Origin: a virus
Taxonomy: Duplodnaviria; Heunggongvirae; Uroviricota; Caudoviricetes
Virus record (IMG/VR): IMGVR_UViG_3300014208_000030
Span: 40,076 to 104,075 of that record
Length of the DNA: 64,000 nucleotides
Strand: one strand, 5' to 3'
The position numbers were made by a program, and so were the translations under genes. Positions 45,860 through 54,967 of this stretch are shown piece after piece (the stretch's first letter is position 1; every line of letters starts with the position of its first letter). The notes under the pieces are model-generated. The model did no database searches. It saw nothing but the letters and a program-made list of their open reading frames with translations, and was not told where the DNA came from.

Positions 45860-46081
45860 TTATGGTTTGGTATTATACGGGACGAGGGCATATTCGACAA
45901 CATTACCTTCAAATATGCACTGGGTGTACTCATGCTGGAATTTACTGTATCCGAGCGATTGGTCACGAAACTTGAGCAATACCCAGTTAGCACCAACGTC
46001 TACTGTATGCGCAAAATCAACCGGCATGGTGATCCAATGGGCAGTTTTTGCATATTCTCTATAATTCTTAAAATTCAACAT
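45860..46081 (-). CDS. Hypothetical protein, weak paralogue of the N-terminus of 45348-45842
   Basis: V..KF..S...F...VEYA.VP is shared; promoter TTTACT-16-TATACT with an IR at 46089-46120. Confidence 0.55.
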   Translation of the reverse strand: MLNFKNYREYAKTAHWITMPVDFAHTVDVGANWVLLKFRDQSLGYSKFQHEYTQCIFEGNVVEYALVPYNTKP

Positions 46082-46149
46082 GGTTATGTTCCTGTTTTAA
46101 TGATCACCAGTATACAGGAATAACCGGAAAAGTAAAGCATTTATGCTGT

Positions 46150-46634
46150 TCATGTATCTAGTCCCAAGATGTCTATTGAATATAGCTCAGTATTACCATC
46201 TAGGAGTACTGCTGGGCCGACATACGATGATGCTTTATATTTTTTATGCAAAGCAAGTTCTATGCCATACGCTGACTGAGCATCTTTCTGTTTTTCTGAC
46301 TTGAGGATGGTAATAATACAATTTTTAGTGCGCTTAGATTCTTTTATGCCTAACAGTCCGACTACCCTATTGTTGATGTTAGTTGTGACGCCAAGTTTAT
46401 ATAGTGGTGTTGGATGCTTTGGTGATTCTATTTTCAGATAATATATCCATACCTCATTACCTGCTGATCGTGCAGCATTGATCTTGCTGAGGTTATTCGC
46501 GCCGTGTGCATATGACGCACCTACTATATATTTTAGTTTTATTCCGATATTATACAGTTTCTATTTTGTAACTTTAATACGGCTAATGATGGGTATGCAT
46601 TTATTGCTTTCACGATATCGGTATAGTATGACAT
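46150..46634 (-). pseudogene. Frameshifted T5orf172/GIY-YIG-like nuclease gene
   Basis: RBS+ATG frame stops at codon 32; the -1 frame continues IYYLKIES...LYKLGVTT...E.ALHKKY...DGNTE.Y with no start codon; span 485 nt = 3n+2. Confidence 0.7.
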
Positions 46635-46674
46635 TGGTATCCTTTAATTATATATTATACTGTGTATTCTTACA

Positions 46675-46927
46675 GCGCTTCGCGCAGTTCATGTATTATT
46701 TTAAATAACAACATATTATGACTGGTGCGTAGCACCGCCGGAGGCTTTCTATAACCACTGTTATAACAGTTACTATAAAAGCTTTTATAAAAATATTTAT
46801 TGACCCTTTCGCCTTCGGCTTCATGGGTGTACGGGCGACAAGCTGAAGCTTGCTGCCCTTATGGTTCATGAATTGTTTTTAAATAAGAAAAGCCATTAAT
46901 GTACTGGTGCGTAGCACCGCCGAAGGC
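46675..46927. repeat. Cluster of GNA-triloop mini-hairpins and a 20-bp direct repeat in AT-rich DNA (candidate origin)
   Basis: ACTGGTGCGTAGCACCGCCG at 46721 and 46903; GCGC-TTC-GCGC at 46675, GCC-TTC-GGC at 46811, GCC-GGA-GGC at 46737, GCC-GAA-GGC at 46919. Confidence 0.75.
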
Positions 46928-47049
46928 CATAAAGATATTTTTTAAAAAAGCTTTTTATAAAAGATTTTAAAAAAGACAAGAGAAAGATTTTGCCTTGCAG
47001 ACAAAATCTTATTACAGAAAAGACTGTCGCAAGATTATCCTAGAAAACC

Positions 47050-47455
47050 ATTACTGGTAGGTCGGGTTATGCTGTGACCTTTACATCTGTTTGCTGAATT
47101 CATAACGGCACCATATACAAAAAGGATACATTCACTGTATATGGTTGTACTAACAAGAGTACATCCTGAAGAGTTTGTTCATGGGAATTAACAAATGCTG
47201 CTCTACTCAGCATTGAATCAAAAGATTCCGCGGGGTGCATGCTCAACACTACAGGAGGTATACCTCCATCGTTGGTGACTCTAACCGCCATACTAGGCTT
47301 CGTTAAAGGTGCGTTCTTGCCACCGAATTATAGACTTGACAGTCTCATACTCAAATTAATATAATGAGCTTCAGCAGACGTTTTTGCGTACATCCTGTAC
47401 ACTGATACGATTTGACTAACCGATTATGCTAACACATAATATTGATCTTGTCTAC
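47050..47455 (-). ncRNA. Candidate large structured RNA downstream of a late promoter
   Basis: TATAAATA (minus) at 47459-47466; at least 8 local stems plus a long-range closing helix; no long ORF; family not identified. Confidence 0.45.
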
Positions 47456-47522
47456 GGGTATTTATAGTTATAAGTTTCATAGAAAATATTCTCCTCAACT
47501 CTAAACGCTTCATCACAAGTTG

Positions 47523-48665
47523 CTAGGCCGCTAACAGCGACTCAGTCTTACATTTGCTCTGCGTTCGTATAGCACTATTAACTCGTAGTGCTTCTTCTAA
47601 AATATTAATGCTAGCATTCAGGTCGCGATCCATCTCATGTCCGCAGTCCTCGCATATAAACACTCGGTATTCTTTGGGTGGCTCTATATTTTTATGCTCA
47701 CAACAAGGACATATCTTGCTTGATGCAAACCACCTATCAACCTTGACGACTTCTTTTCCATACCATGCCGCCTTATAGCGCAATACCCTATAAAATTCAC
47801 CGAATGCAGCATCGCCGATTGATTTTGCCAGCTTGTGGTTCTTCACCATACCGGCAACATTTAAATCCTCAATTCCTATAAAATCATACCCATCGACTAT
47901 ATTAGTCGTTACGTTATGGATAAAATCTTTTCGTCTGTTTGCAATGCCTAAGTGTATTCGTGCTACTTTTAACTTTGCTTTCTTACGCCTAACACTGCCT
48001 TTCTTCTTACGTGACAAATTTCTTTGTGCTTTTTTTAATTTCGCTTGGCTCTCACGAAAATATTTTGGATTTTCTACAGTAGTTCCATCACTGCCAGTTA
48101 AAAATACATTAACACCAACATCAATGCCTAGGGTTAATCCGGTTTTGGGTTTTTGCGCAACTTCACATTCGACTAAAACCGACGCAAAGAACTGGTTGCA
48201 GCAATTTTTGGAGACTGTTACTGACATGAACTTACACCCAGTTGGTGGCTCTCGATCCATAACTAGCTTTACGTTGCCGATCTTTTCGAGTCTAATTGAG
48301 CCACTATTCAATCTAAATTTTTGGTTTGGTAATCTATAACTTTGCCGCCCATCCCGTTTTTTGAATGCTGGTCTACCAATCTTCTTTTTGCGGCTCTTAG
48401 AAAAGTAGTTCTTTTTGAATGCCTTAAAATCTATTTCTTTCTGCTGAACTGCGGCAGCACTAACTTCACCCATCCAAGGTAATTGTTTTCTTAACTCAGT
48501 AGATGTGAGTGCTTTAATCTGTTCGGTTGAATCCTTATCAAACTTATTGAAGACTTCTACGTTGTGATTCCAAAGTACGCGCACACACCCGAACGTCTTA
48601 TTCAGCAAGGTTTCCTGCTGATCCGTTGGGCATAGTCTGTATTTGAACGCTCTAAGTATTGTCAT
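47523..48665 (-). CDS. tnpB: TnpB RNA-guided endonuclease
   Basis: AFKYRL.P, GIDVG, IEDL.V, SSKICPCC..C..CG..MDRD.NA; RuvC D/E/D residues intact. Confidence 0.95.
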   Translation of the reverse strand: MTILRAFKYRLCPTDQQETLLNKTFGCVRVLWNHNVEVFNKFDKDSTEQIKALTSTELRKQLPWMGEVSAAAVQQKEIDFKAFKKNYFSKSRKKKIGRPAFKKRDGRQSYRLPNQKFRLNSGSIRLEKIGNVKLVMDREPPTGCKFMSVTVSKNCCNQFFASVLVECEVAQKPKTGLTLGIDVGVNVFLTGSDGTTVENPKYFRESQAKLKKAQRNLSRKKKGSVRRKKAKLKVARIHLGIANRRKDFIHNVTTNIVDGYDFIGIEDLNVAGMVKNHKLAKSIGDAAFGEFYRVLRYKAAWYGKEVVKVDRWFASSKICPCCEHKNIEPPKEYRVFICEDCGHEMDRDLNASINILEEALRVNSAIRTQSKCKTESLLAA

Positions 48666-48910
48666 CGTATTTTAGTTGTTTGATTAATTGTTCGGTTCTT
48701 CTTTTACTTCTACGCCTACCGTAAAGTCTTGTTCTCTGATGATGAAACTCTCGTGTAAACAGCTATTTCTTCATTAGTCAACTACTGCGCATCAATTATG
48801 GCGGTACCATCCGGTAACTTTCTGGCATTAGGAATAAGGCCATCATTGTAGTGGTTCCATGCTGTGCTATAAGTAACACCAATCTTATTTGCATATTTAG
48901 ATAATTTCAT
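48652..48910 (-). pseudogene. tnpA: IS607 TnpA serine transposase remnant
   Basis: MerR-like MKLSKYA..IGVTY.TAW, in-frame TAG at codon 43, VYTRVSS, then a frameshifted jump to RLYGRRRSKRRTEQLI (internal deletion). Confidence 0.85.
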
Positions 48911-49034
48911 GAGTAATAGTTGTTATCGAAGAATATTATACTAACTGACATGGGGTCTGTTTTGCAGAGTTCAATACCACTTGACAAAATAAATAATTTC
49001 TGTATACTGAACATCCCAACCACAGGAGAAGATC

Positions 49035-49343
49035 ATGGAAGCAACAACAGAAAGAATAGTCCGGTATGTCGAGTCGGCAGCACATGTCGGTGTGTCTACT
49101 ATTGCCAGAATATACGGCAACGATACCGATGCATTTCACCATGCCGATATTGAGCAGTGGCGTCGAGGCCAACCACATCATATATTGGTGATGCTATTCA
49201 ATGAGGATGGCATCATAGTCGATGAGCCGCTTATGGCAAAACATTTCAAAGACACCTATGTACTGGTGCCGGTCGATAACGAAAATACTGAAACACCAAT
49301 ACATCTGGACAATTTAACCAGAAAATTCGTAATAGGCGATTGA
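49035..49343 (+). CDS. Early hypothetical protein
   Basis: TTGACA-16-TATACT promoter near 48982-49009; GGAG RBS. Confidence 0.6.
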   Translation: MEATTERIVRYVESAAHVGVSTIARIYGNDTDAFHHADIEQWRRGQPHHILVMLFNEDGIIVDEPLMAKHFKDTYVLVPVDNENTETPIHLDNLTRKFVIGD

Positions 49344-49370
49344 TCAACAGCTTAACAACAGGAGATAATT

Positions 49371-49958
49371 ATGAAACAAAGTGAATACCTAAGAGAACAA
49401 GCACGAATACTCGATATGATAGAGGGCACCTCGGCCTCAACATCGGCTTGCGTCAAGTATAGGGGGAGCATATTCCCACACTTAGCACTGCACACTACAC
49501 CGGATAATGTAGAATTTGCTGTATGTTTGGTGGAGGGGAAGCCAGCATTTGCCGGTGATACTGTGTGGGATATAGTAGGCGAGAAGTATGTTACCATAAA
49601 AGGGCTCTTGGGTGACTCACTCTATGTGAGTGTACACGGTGGCCTCGATGTATTGATAGCTGCGCTACGGTGGAAGGAGCCAGAAGCCGTCGATCCATAT
49701 GCTGAGGTACGTGCCGCACAGTCTGCTGGGAAGGTAGTGCTATTTGATTCGTTTTATGATGATACAAGATGGATAGATGCGAATGCCAACGGAGCACCAT
49801 TTGAGTTTGCGCAGAAGCCTGACAGATATAAGATAATGGAAGAAGATGTTATCGAGGAGTTTACTCTTTCAAGTAAGATAAACTACTCATTCAAGATTGA
49901 GGTAACTACATCTCATCTCACCGGTGAGAAATCTGTGAAACTCATTGACAAAAACTAG
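49371..49958 (+). CDS. Hypothetical protein
   Basis: GGAG RBS; VEGKPAFAGDTV motif. Confidence 0.6.
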   Translation: MKQSEYLREQARILDMIEGTSASTSACVKYRGSIFPHLALHTTPDNVEFAVCLVEGKPAFAGDTVWDIVGEKYVTIKGLLGDSLYVSVHGGLDVLIAALRWKEPEAVDPYAEVRAAQSAGKVVLFDSFYDDTRWIDANANGAPFEFAQKPDRYKIMEEDVIEEFTLSSKINYSFKIEVTTSHLTGEKSVKLIDKN

Positions 49959-50091
49959 CAAATAGGCTACAATTCTTATTACGCAAAGCATATGCAAAAC
50001 AACTAACCGCTATATTAGGAGGCTATATGTAACCGATATCGATGTACTCATAAACTTGACAAGAAATGACAATTAATAGTGAGAATTTTAG

Positions 50092-50370
50092 ATGAACCCG
50101 TATGAAATCATAGTTTTGCTCGTTGGATTTACCGCTATCCTCGCAATTTGGTTGCGTGAGCATATCAAAGACAATGTCAATCCGACCAAACACCAGCCAT
50201 ACACACCATATAAGGAAGATGTTGCGCCAACATCACATGTCTCTGGTGTGAGCTGGGATAAACAAAAGATGCTGTGGCGTGTGCGCTTTCGTGTTGATGG
50301 TGTTCGTAAACATTTCGGGTATTTTGAAGATCGTGAGGCTGCAGAGAAATATTGTCTGCTCGTTAGATAA
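50092..50370 (+). CDS. Membrane-anchored AP2-domain protein
   Basis: N-terminal hydrophobic helix; SGVSWDK..MLWRV...DG...HFGYF.DRE.A. Confidence 0.7.
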   Translation: MNPYEIIVLLVGFTAILAIWLREHIKDNVNPTKHQPYTPYKEDVAPTSHVSGVSWDKQKMLWRVRFRVDGVRKHFGYFEDREAAEKYCLLVR

Positions 50371-50407
50371 ATACGAAGTTGTTATTAATAATTAAGAAGG
50401 AGTTTTG

Positions 50408-50578
50408 ATGGCACATTTACCAGGAGCCAACGGTGGGAAGGGCTCAAATCCTCGGCGACAGGCCGATCAAAAAGCATATGCAGATAATTGGGATCGTATC
50501 TTCGGCAAAAAGAAAGAAGATGTGAGTGGCACTAAGAAATCTGGAGAAATATTTGAGGCGGACGATTCGGAGTTATAG
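50408..50578 (+). CDS. 56-aa small phage protein
   Basis: Manual translation ...GGKGSNPR...YADNWDRIFGKK...; AGGAG RBS. Confidence 0.65.
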   Translation: MAHLPGANGGKGSNPRRQADQKAYADNWDRIFGKKKEDVSGTKKSGEIFEADDSEL

Positions 50579-50715
50579 ATTAGGCGTGTTTGTCGTTCAG
50601 GAATATGAAGAACTACACACTGTTTATTACAACGGACGCCGCATGGGAAAGTTCACGGGGAGTGAGCTAGCAGCCGGTATCAAGAAAATATCCAGCGGGA
50701 TATTGGTTTAAATCC

Positions 50716-50748
50716 AAACCGGAATGGTGTGTGCTATTCCGGTTTTTT
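50716..50748 (+). terminator. Rho-independent terminator
   Basis: AAACCGGAAT / ATTCCGGTTT followed by a T run. Confidence 0.75.
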
Positions 50749-50759
50749 ATTATTAGAGG

Positions 50760-51191
50760 GTGAGTATGACAGTAGCAGCAGCAATTAAGGGTGGCGCACC
50801 GGCGACCACAAAAGATGGGGATAGAATTGAGATTATCGATTTTTCCGCCACATCAGGCACAGACCGATATATGCTCGGTAAAACATATTATGGTACCAGC
50901 AATACTATTATACGTATTGGGTTTTTCTGCAGGCAGAGCGGGGTTGCACTGAATCTATATGGTGGACAAGAGGAACCGAAGCACCATATTGTTATCGCGC
51001 CTGTCGAGAAAGAGGGCTGGTTTGTTCGAATGAATTGCATCGGCGAAGATATGCCGAGGCTATATGGGTTCTATGCGGACAAGAGCATGGCAGAATCCAA
51101 CCTTAAATTGATTAAGATGCAGTTGGGAGACGGTAGCACAGGCACGGTCGCCAAAATGGAATGGACTGAAGACTTTGGGTGGTCACGATGA
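50760..51191 (+). CDS. Hypothetical protein
   Basis: ORF overlapping the gp47 start. Confidence 0.55.
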   Translation: MSMTVAAAIKGGAPATTKDGDRIEIIDFSATSGTDRYMLGKTYYGTSNTIIRIGFFCRQSGVALNLYGGQEEPKHHIVIAPVEKEGWFVRMNCIGEDMPRLYGFYADKSMAESNLKLIKMQLGDGSTGTVAKMEWTEDFGWSR

Positions 51192-52207
51192 GTAATCTTG
51201 TAGCCATACTGGGAGATTGCCATATCGGTGCCAGAAACAACAGCCAGATATTTGATGACCAGTCCAAGGAATTTTTTACTGAAGTATTTTTCCCAGAATT
51301 AAAGAGCAGGGGAGTAAGGACCATCATTCAGGTCGGTGATCTGTTCGACAACAGAAAAGCCATGAATCTGGGAATTCTTGACAGTGCCCAGCAATACCTG
51401 TTCAACCAACTTCGGGCGTATGACTTTACCACACTGGTTGGAAACCATGATTCTTATTTCAAGAACACATTGGTAGTTAATTCGCAGGAGCTGTTTCTCG
51501 ATCCTTCGTCGAATTGGGATTTTGTTGCGCGACCGAAGGCAACCGACAAGTATACGCTGGTGCCGTGGATTTGCGAGGCGAACTATGAAGACACTATGCG
51601 ACTGCTGGCGCAGAGCACCGGAGAATATTGTTTCGGGCATCTGGAGCTATCTGGTTTCAAAAATAATTCGCATGTGATGAAAGATGGCTTATCTGCCGAT
51701 GTATTCAAACAGTTCAAAAGAGTCTTTACCGGGCATTACCATTCAAAGCAATGCATTGGTAACATAATGTACGTAGGTACGCCCTACGAGCTCTCATGGA
51801 GCGATTTTGGGGAAGATAAAGGCTTTCACATACTGGATTTGGATACCGGTGAGCTTGAGTTCATAAAAAACCCAAATGTCATGCATCACAAGATTCATTA
51901 TTCTGCTGGTCAGGCAATTAATTTGCCAAATATTACCGGAAAGATTGTTCGGGTGCTCGTTGGCGAAAAGGGTGATCAGAAATTGTTCGATGAGTTCATC
52001 AAGTACCTAAGTGAGCAGAACCCACATGAGCTGAAGATCAGCGACAATATAGTGGAATATGATGATACGCAGGATGATATTGATCTTGATATTGACAGCA
52101 CACCTGTCATCATTGAGAAATACATTGCGAACTGTGAAGTGTCACTTGATAAACCACGTCTGAACGGTATGTTTGCCGAATTATATTCCGAGGCATTGCT
52201 GGTATGA
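51188..52207 (+). CDS. 47: Recombination nuclease gp47 (Mre11-like)
   Basis: GDCHIG, VGDLFD, GNHD, GHLE, GHYH, YVGTPY. Confidence 0.94.
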   Translation: MSNLVAILGDCHIGARNNSQIFDDQSKEFFTEVFFPELKSRGVRTIIQVGDLFDNRKAMNLGILDSAQQYLFNQLRAYDFTTLVGNHDSYFKNTLVVNSQELFLDPSSNWDFVARPKATDKYTLVPWICEANYEDTMRLLAQSTGEYCFGHLELSGFKNNSHVMKDGLSADVFKQFKRVFTGHYHSKQCIGNIMYVGTPYELSWSDFGEDKGFHILDLDTGELEFIKNPNVMHHKIHYSAGQAINLPNITGKIVRVLVGEKGDQKLFDEFIKYLSEQNPHELKISDNIVEYDDTQDDIDLDIDSTPVIIEKYIANCEVSLDKPRLNGMFAELYSEALLV

Positions 52208-53913
52208 TTGAATTTTTATTGGTTGGGATGCAGAACTTTCTATCGTATGGAAATGCACCAACTGTGTTTCAACTGAACGATACCAAGGCCACATTAATTT
52301 TTGGCAGCAACGGCACCGGAAAGTCAAGTGTCATCGACGGTATTTGTTTCGCCCTATTCGGCAGTGCGTTCCGAAAAGTAAATAAGGGCTCGGTGGTAAA
52401 CACAATCAACGCTAAGAGATGTCTTGTATTCTGTGAGTTTCGGAAAGGTACAAACCATTTCCGAGTTGAGCGTGGTATCAAACCAAACGTGTTCAACATC
52501 TATAAAGATGGTGAACTGATTGAGCAGACTGCTGCAAGCAAGGACTACCAAAAAATCTTGGAGGAAGACATTCTTGCATTGAATTACAAGACATTTACTC
52601 AGATTTCGATCCTGTCGAGCGCATCTTTTGTACCATTTTTGCAGTTACCGGCTGGCGATCGTCGCAATGTGGTAGAGGATTTGCTTGATATAAAAATTTT
52701 TAGCGGTATGGCTCAGTTGGCAAAAAGCAAACTTAATAGTGTGGTGCAGGATATCAATGCCATTACTTTTGAGATTGACAATATTAAGGGCAGAATAGAT
52801 ACTCTTAACCGATTCATTGTTAATTTAAAACAACAGGAAAAGACCAAAGATGCCGAGATCGATGTAAAGATTGCGGAGGCTCAGGTCGAGATCGATGAAT
52901 ATACAATTAAGGCTAGGGAATTTCAGGAACAGAAGACGGTGCTATATGCAACCATTACCGACGCACCGGAGGTGAGCACCAAAAAAGAACAGATAGTAAA
53001 TGCCGTACGAAAGCTAGAGAATGCTAAAAATGGTTTCTGTACCGAGCATAAATTCCTGACCAATAATGATTCCTGTCCAACATGTAATCAGGATATTGAT
53101 GCGGTGTTTAAGAGCGAGAAAATAGCATTGCTTAGCAGTAATATCGATAAGCGAGATGCTGCACTGGCATCGGCCAAGGCTACCATACAGGGATATATCG
53201 ATCGACAAGCTGAAATAACTGCTGTTTTGGATCAGCTCAAGGTGCTTGATGGCAAAATCACGACATGCAACTACGAATCTGACATGCGGAGGCGAGATAT
53301 CAAAGGATTTATGGATACCAAAGAAAAGGTTTTGGTGTCATATGATCAAGAAGAGCGTGATGTCATAGCATTAGGCGAGAAATTAGCCGAAAAAGATGCG
53401 CAAAAGGATGTTTTGGTCGAGAATCGTGGCTACTGGGATGTGATAAATTTATTGCTAAAGGACACGGGTGTCAAGTCAAGTATTATCCGACAATATACAC
53501 CTATCCTTAACCATTTCATAAACCACTATTTGGAGATCATGGAGTTTTTCGTTAAGTTTACTTTCGATGAAAACTTTAACGATACCATCCAAGTGCGGCA
53601 CCGAGACACACTGACCTACTATAGTCTGTCGGAAGGGCAGAAAAAGCGGGTTGATTTGGCGATTTTGTTCGCTTTTAGGGCAATCTCGGAAGCAAAAAAC
53701 GTATGCAACACAAACATTTTATTCCTGGATGAGATTTTAGACTCAGCTCTGGATGCCGAGGGCATTGAAGCAGCCATCTCTATTCTTGATTCGTTCAGTG
53801 GGAAGAATATATTTGTGATTTCACCGAGACCACCGGCAATTGATTTCTTCAGTCGAGAAATCAAGGTGAGCAGTGTGAATAACTACTCAAGTATTGATAT
53901 TATTGACAATTAG
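52204..53913 (+). CDS. 46: Recombination ATPase gp46 (Rad50-like)
   Basis: NFLSYG, G.NGTGKS, CPTC hook, LSEGQK, LFLDE. Confidence 0.95.
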   Translation: MIEFLLVGMQNFLSYGNAPTVFQLNDTKATLIFGSNGTGKSSVIDGICFALFGSAFRKVNKGSVVNTINAKRCLVFCEFRKGTNHFRVERGIKPNVFNIYKDGELIEQTAASKDYQKILEEDILALNYKTFTQISILSSASFVPFLQLPAGDRRNVVEDLLDIKIFSGMAQLAKSKLNSVVQDINAITFEIDNIKGRIDTLNRFIVNLKQQEKTKDAEIDVKIAEAQVEIDEYTIKAREFQEQKTVLYATITDAPEVSTKKEQIVNAVRKLENAKNGFCTEHKFLTNNDSCPTCNQDIDAVFKSEKIALLSSNIDKRDAALASAKATIQGYIDRQAEITAVLDQLKVLDGKITTCNYESDMRRRDIKGFMDTKEKVLVSYDQEERDVIALGEKLAEKDAQKDVLVENRGYWDVINLLLKDTGVKSSIIRQYTPILNHFINHYLEIMEFFVKFTFDENFNDTIQVRHRDTLTYYSLSEGQKKRVDLAILFAFRAISEAKNVCNTNILFLDEILDSALDAEGIEAAISILDSFSGKNIFVISPRPPAIDFFSREIKVSSVNNYSSIDIIDN

Positions 53914-54012
53914 GTGGTGTGACGGGGTTTAGATGAAAATAAAATTTGACAATCCAAAATTTTTCTATATACTCTAAACCCTACCAACCACAAACAATAG
54001 AGAGAATTTATT

Positions 54013-54261
54013 ATGGCAACACAATACCGAGTGAAAAAATTCAAACTTAGCGATGGCAGAATCGTGTTTACCCCACAAGTACGCATCCTGTTCTTTTGGC
54101 GCAACGTAATGCGATATGCCGATCAAGCAAATCCAGACCTTAGACGCCTTGAGCCAGTGGATTTTCCAAGAGAGGCGCTTGCGCAACATTGGATAACACT
54201 AAAACTGGCAAAATCAACTAAAGACCAACCACAAAAAATTACGCGCAAATCTATTGCGTAA
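54013..54261 (+). CDS. Early hypothetical protein
   Basis: After TTGACA-16-TATACT near 53947; F.PQVR.LFFW motif. Confidence 0.6.
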   Translation: MATQYRVKKFKLSDGRIVFTPQVRILFFWRNVMRYADQANPDLRRLEPVDFPREALAQHWITLKLAKSTKDQPQKITRKSIA

Positions 54262-54276
54262 TAAGGACACTATATT

Positions 54277-54648
54277 ATGAAAAAATTATTATTAGCGGCA
54301 CTGTTACTAACATCGGCCAACGCGTTCGCTGCCGGTGAATCGAGACTACAAACTTTTTGCGCACCAGACGAAGGCGGCAGTCAGTGTTATGGTGTTATCA
54401 AGAACAGCATTGTTGAAGTGCAGCCCCATATTGTCGAAGTAGATTGGTTAGTGTACTTCGATGATGGTGAACACGTCGCAGACTCATATACACCAAATGA
54501 GGTGCGCGTGAATTGCGCAACCAACCAAGCCATGCTGTTATCGGTAGATAGCGTGCCAATGACAGATGGCACAAAATATGAGTCAACGAATTCAGTGACT
54601 GAGGCTGATATGTTGCGCTGGATTTGCGAACATGCGGCAGGGGAATGA
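54277..54648 (+). CDS. Secreted/periplasmic protein
   Basis: Signal peptide MKKLLLAALLLTSANAFA; four Cys. Confidence 0.65.
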   Translation: MKKLLLAALLLTSANAFAAGESRLQTFCAPDEGGSQCYGVIKNSIVEVQPHIVEVDWLVYFDDGEHVADSYTPNEVRVNCATNQAMLLSVDSVPMTDGTKYESTNSVTEADMLRWICEHAAGE

Positions 54649-54965
54649 TCATGAAACAACAATTTATAGATTCATCTATCGAAGCAGTCCGCTGGATTGT
54701 AGTAGGTGTCACCGCAATGGCATCATTTCAGTTGTTTGCCACTGGTTTACCATTTAGCGCTATCGTTGGCCTACTTGCAGTCGCATCAGTATTTGTAGCA
54801 ATACCGGCACCAGTAGCACAGACCAAAATAGCCAGAATAGCAATCTTTCTAACACTGTTCTTAATAATGGCGGTGACATCGGTAGACCCAGCAGAATTAG
54901 CAGCAGAGCAGATGGCCGCACCAGATTCACACATGATCGCTGTGAAGAATATAACGAGCCTATAA
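54645..54965 (+). CDS. Three-helix membrane protein
   Basis: Three hydrophobic segments; ATGA overlap. Confidence 0.6.
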   Translation: MIMKQQFIDSSIEAVRWIVVGVTAMASFQLFATGLPFSAIVGLLAVASVFVAIPAPVAQTKIARIAIFLTLFLIMAVTSVDPAELAAEQMAAPDSHMIAVKNITSL

Positions 54966-54967
54966 CA

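Larger units (their letters stand above)
47496..48960 (-). mobile_element. Non-autonomous IS607-family element (boundaries approximate)
   Basis: Serine-transposase remnant overlapping an intact tnpB. Confidence 0.8.

Noticed and set aside
47100-47291. 63-aa ORF MAVRVTNDGG as a real protein
   Set aside because: It has no RBS, no motif, and lies within the stem-rich element. The frame from ATG 47480 has several stops of different types. It is not fully excluded.
47050-47455. Group I/II intron, tmRNA or RNase P identity for the structured element
   Set aside because: It does not interrupt a CDS, and I could not identify the diagnostic conserved cores or tRNA-like ends by eye. A covariance search is needed.
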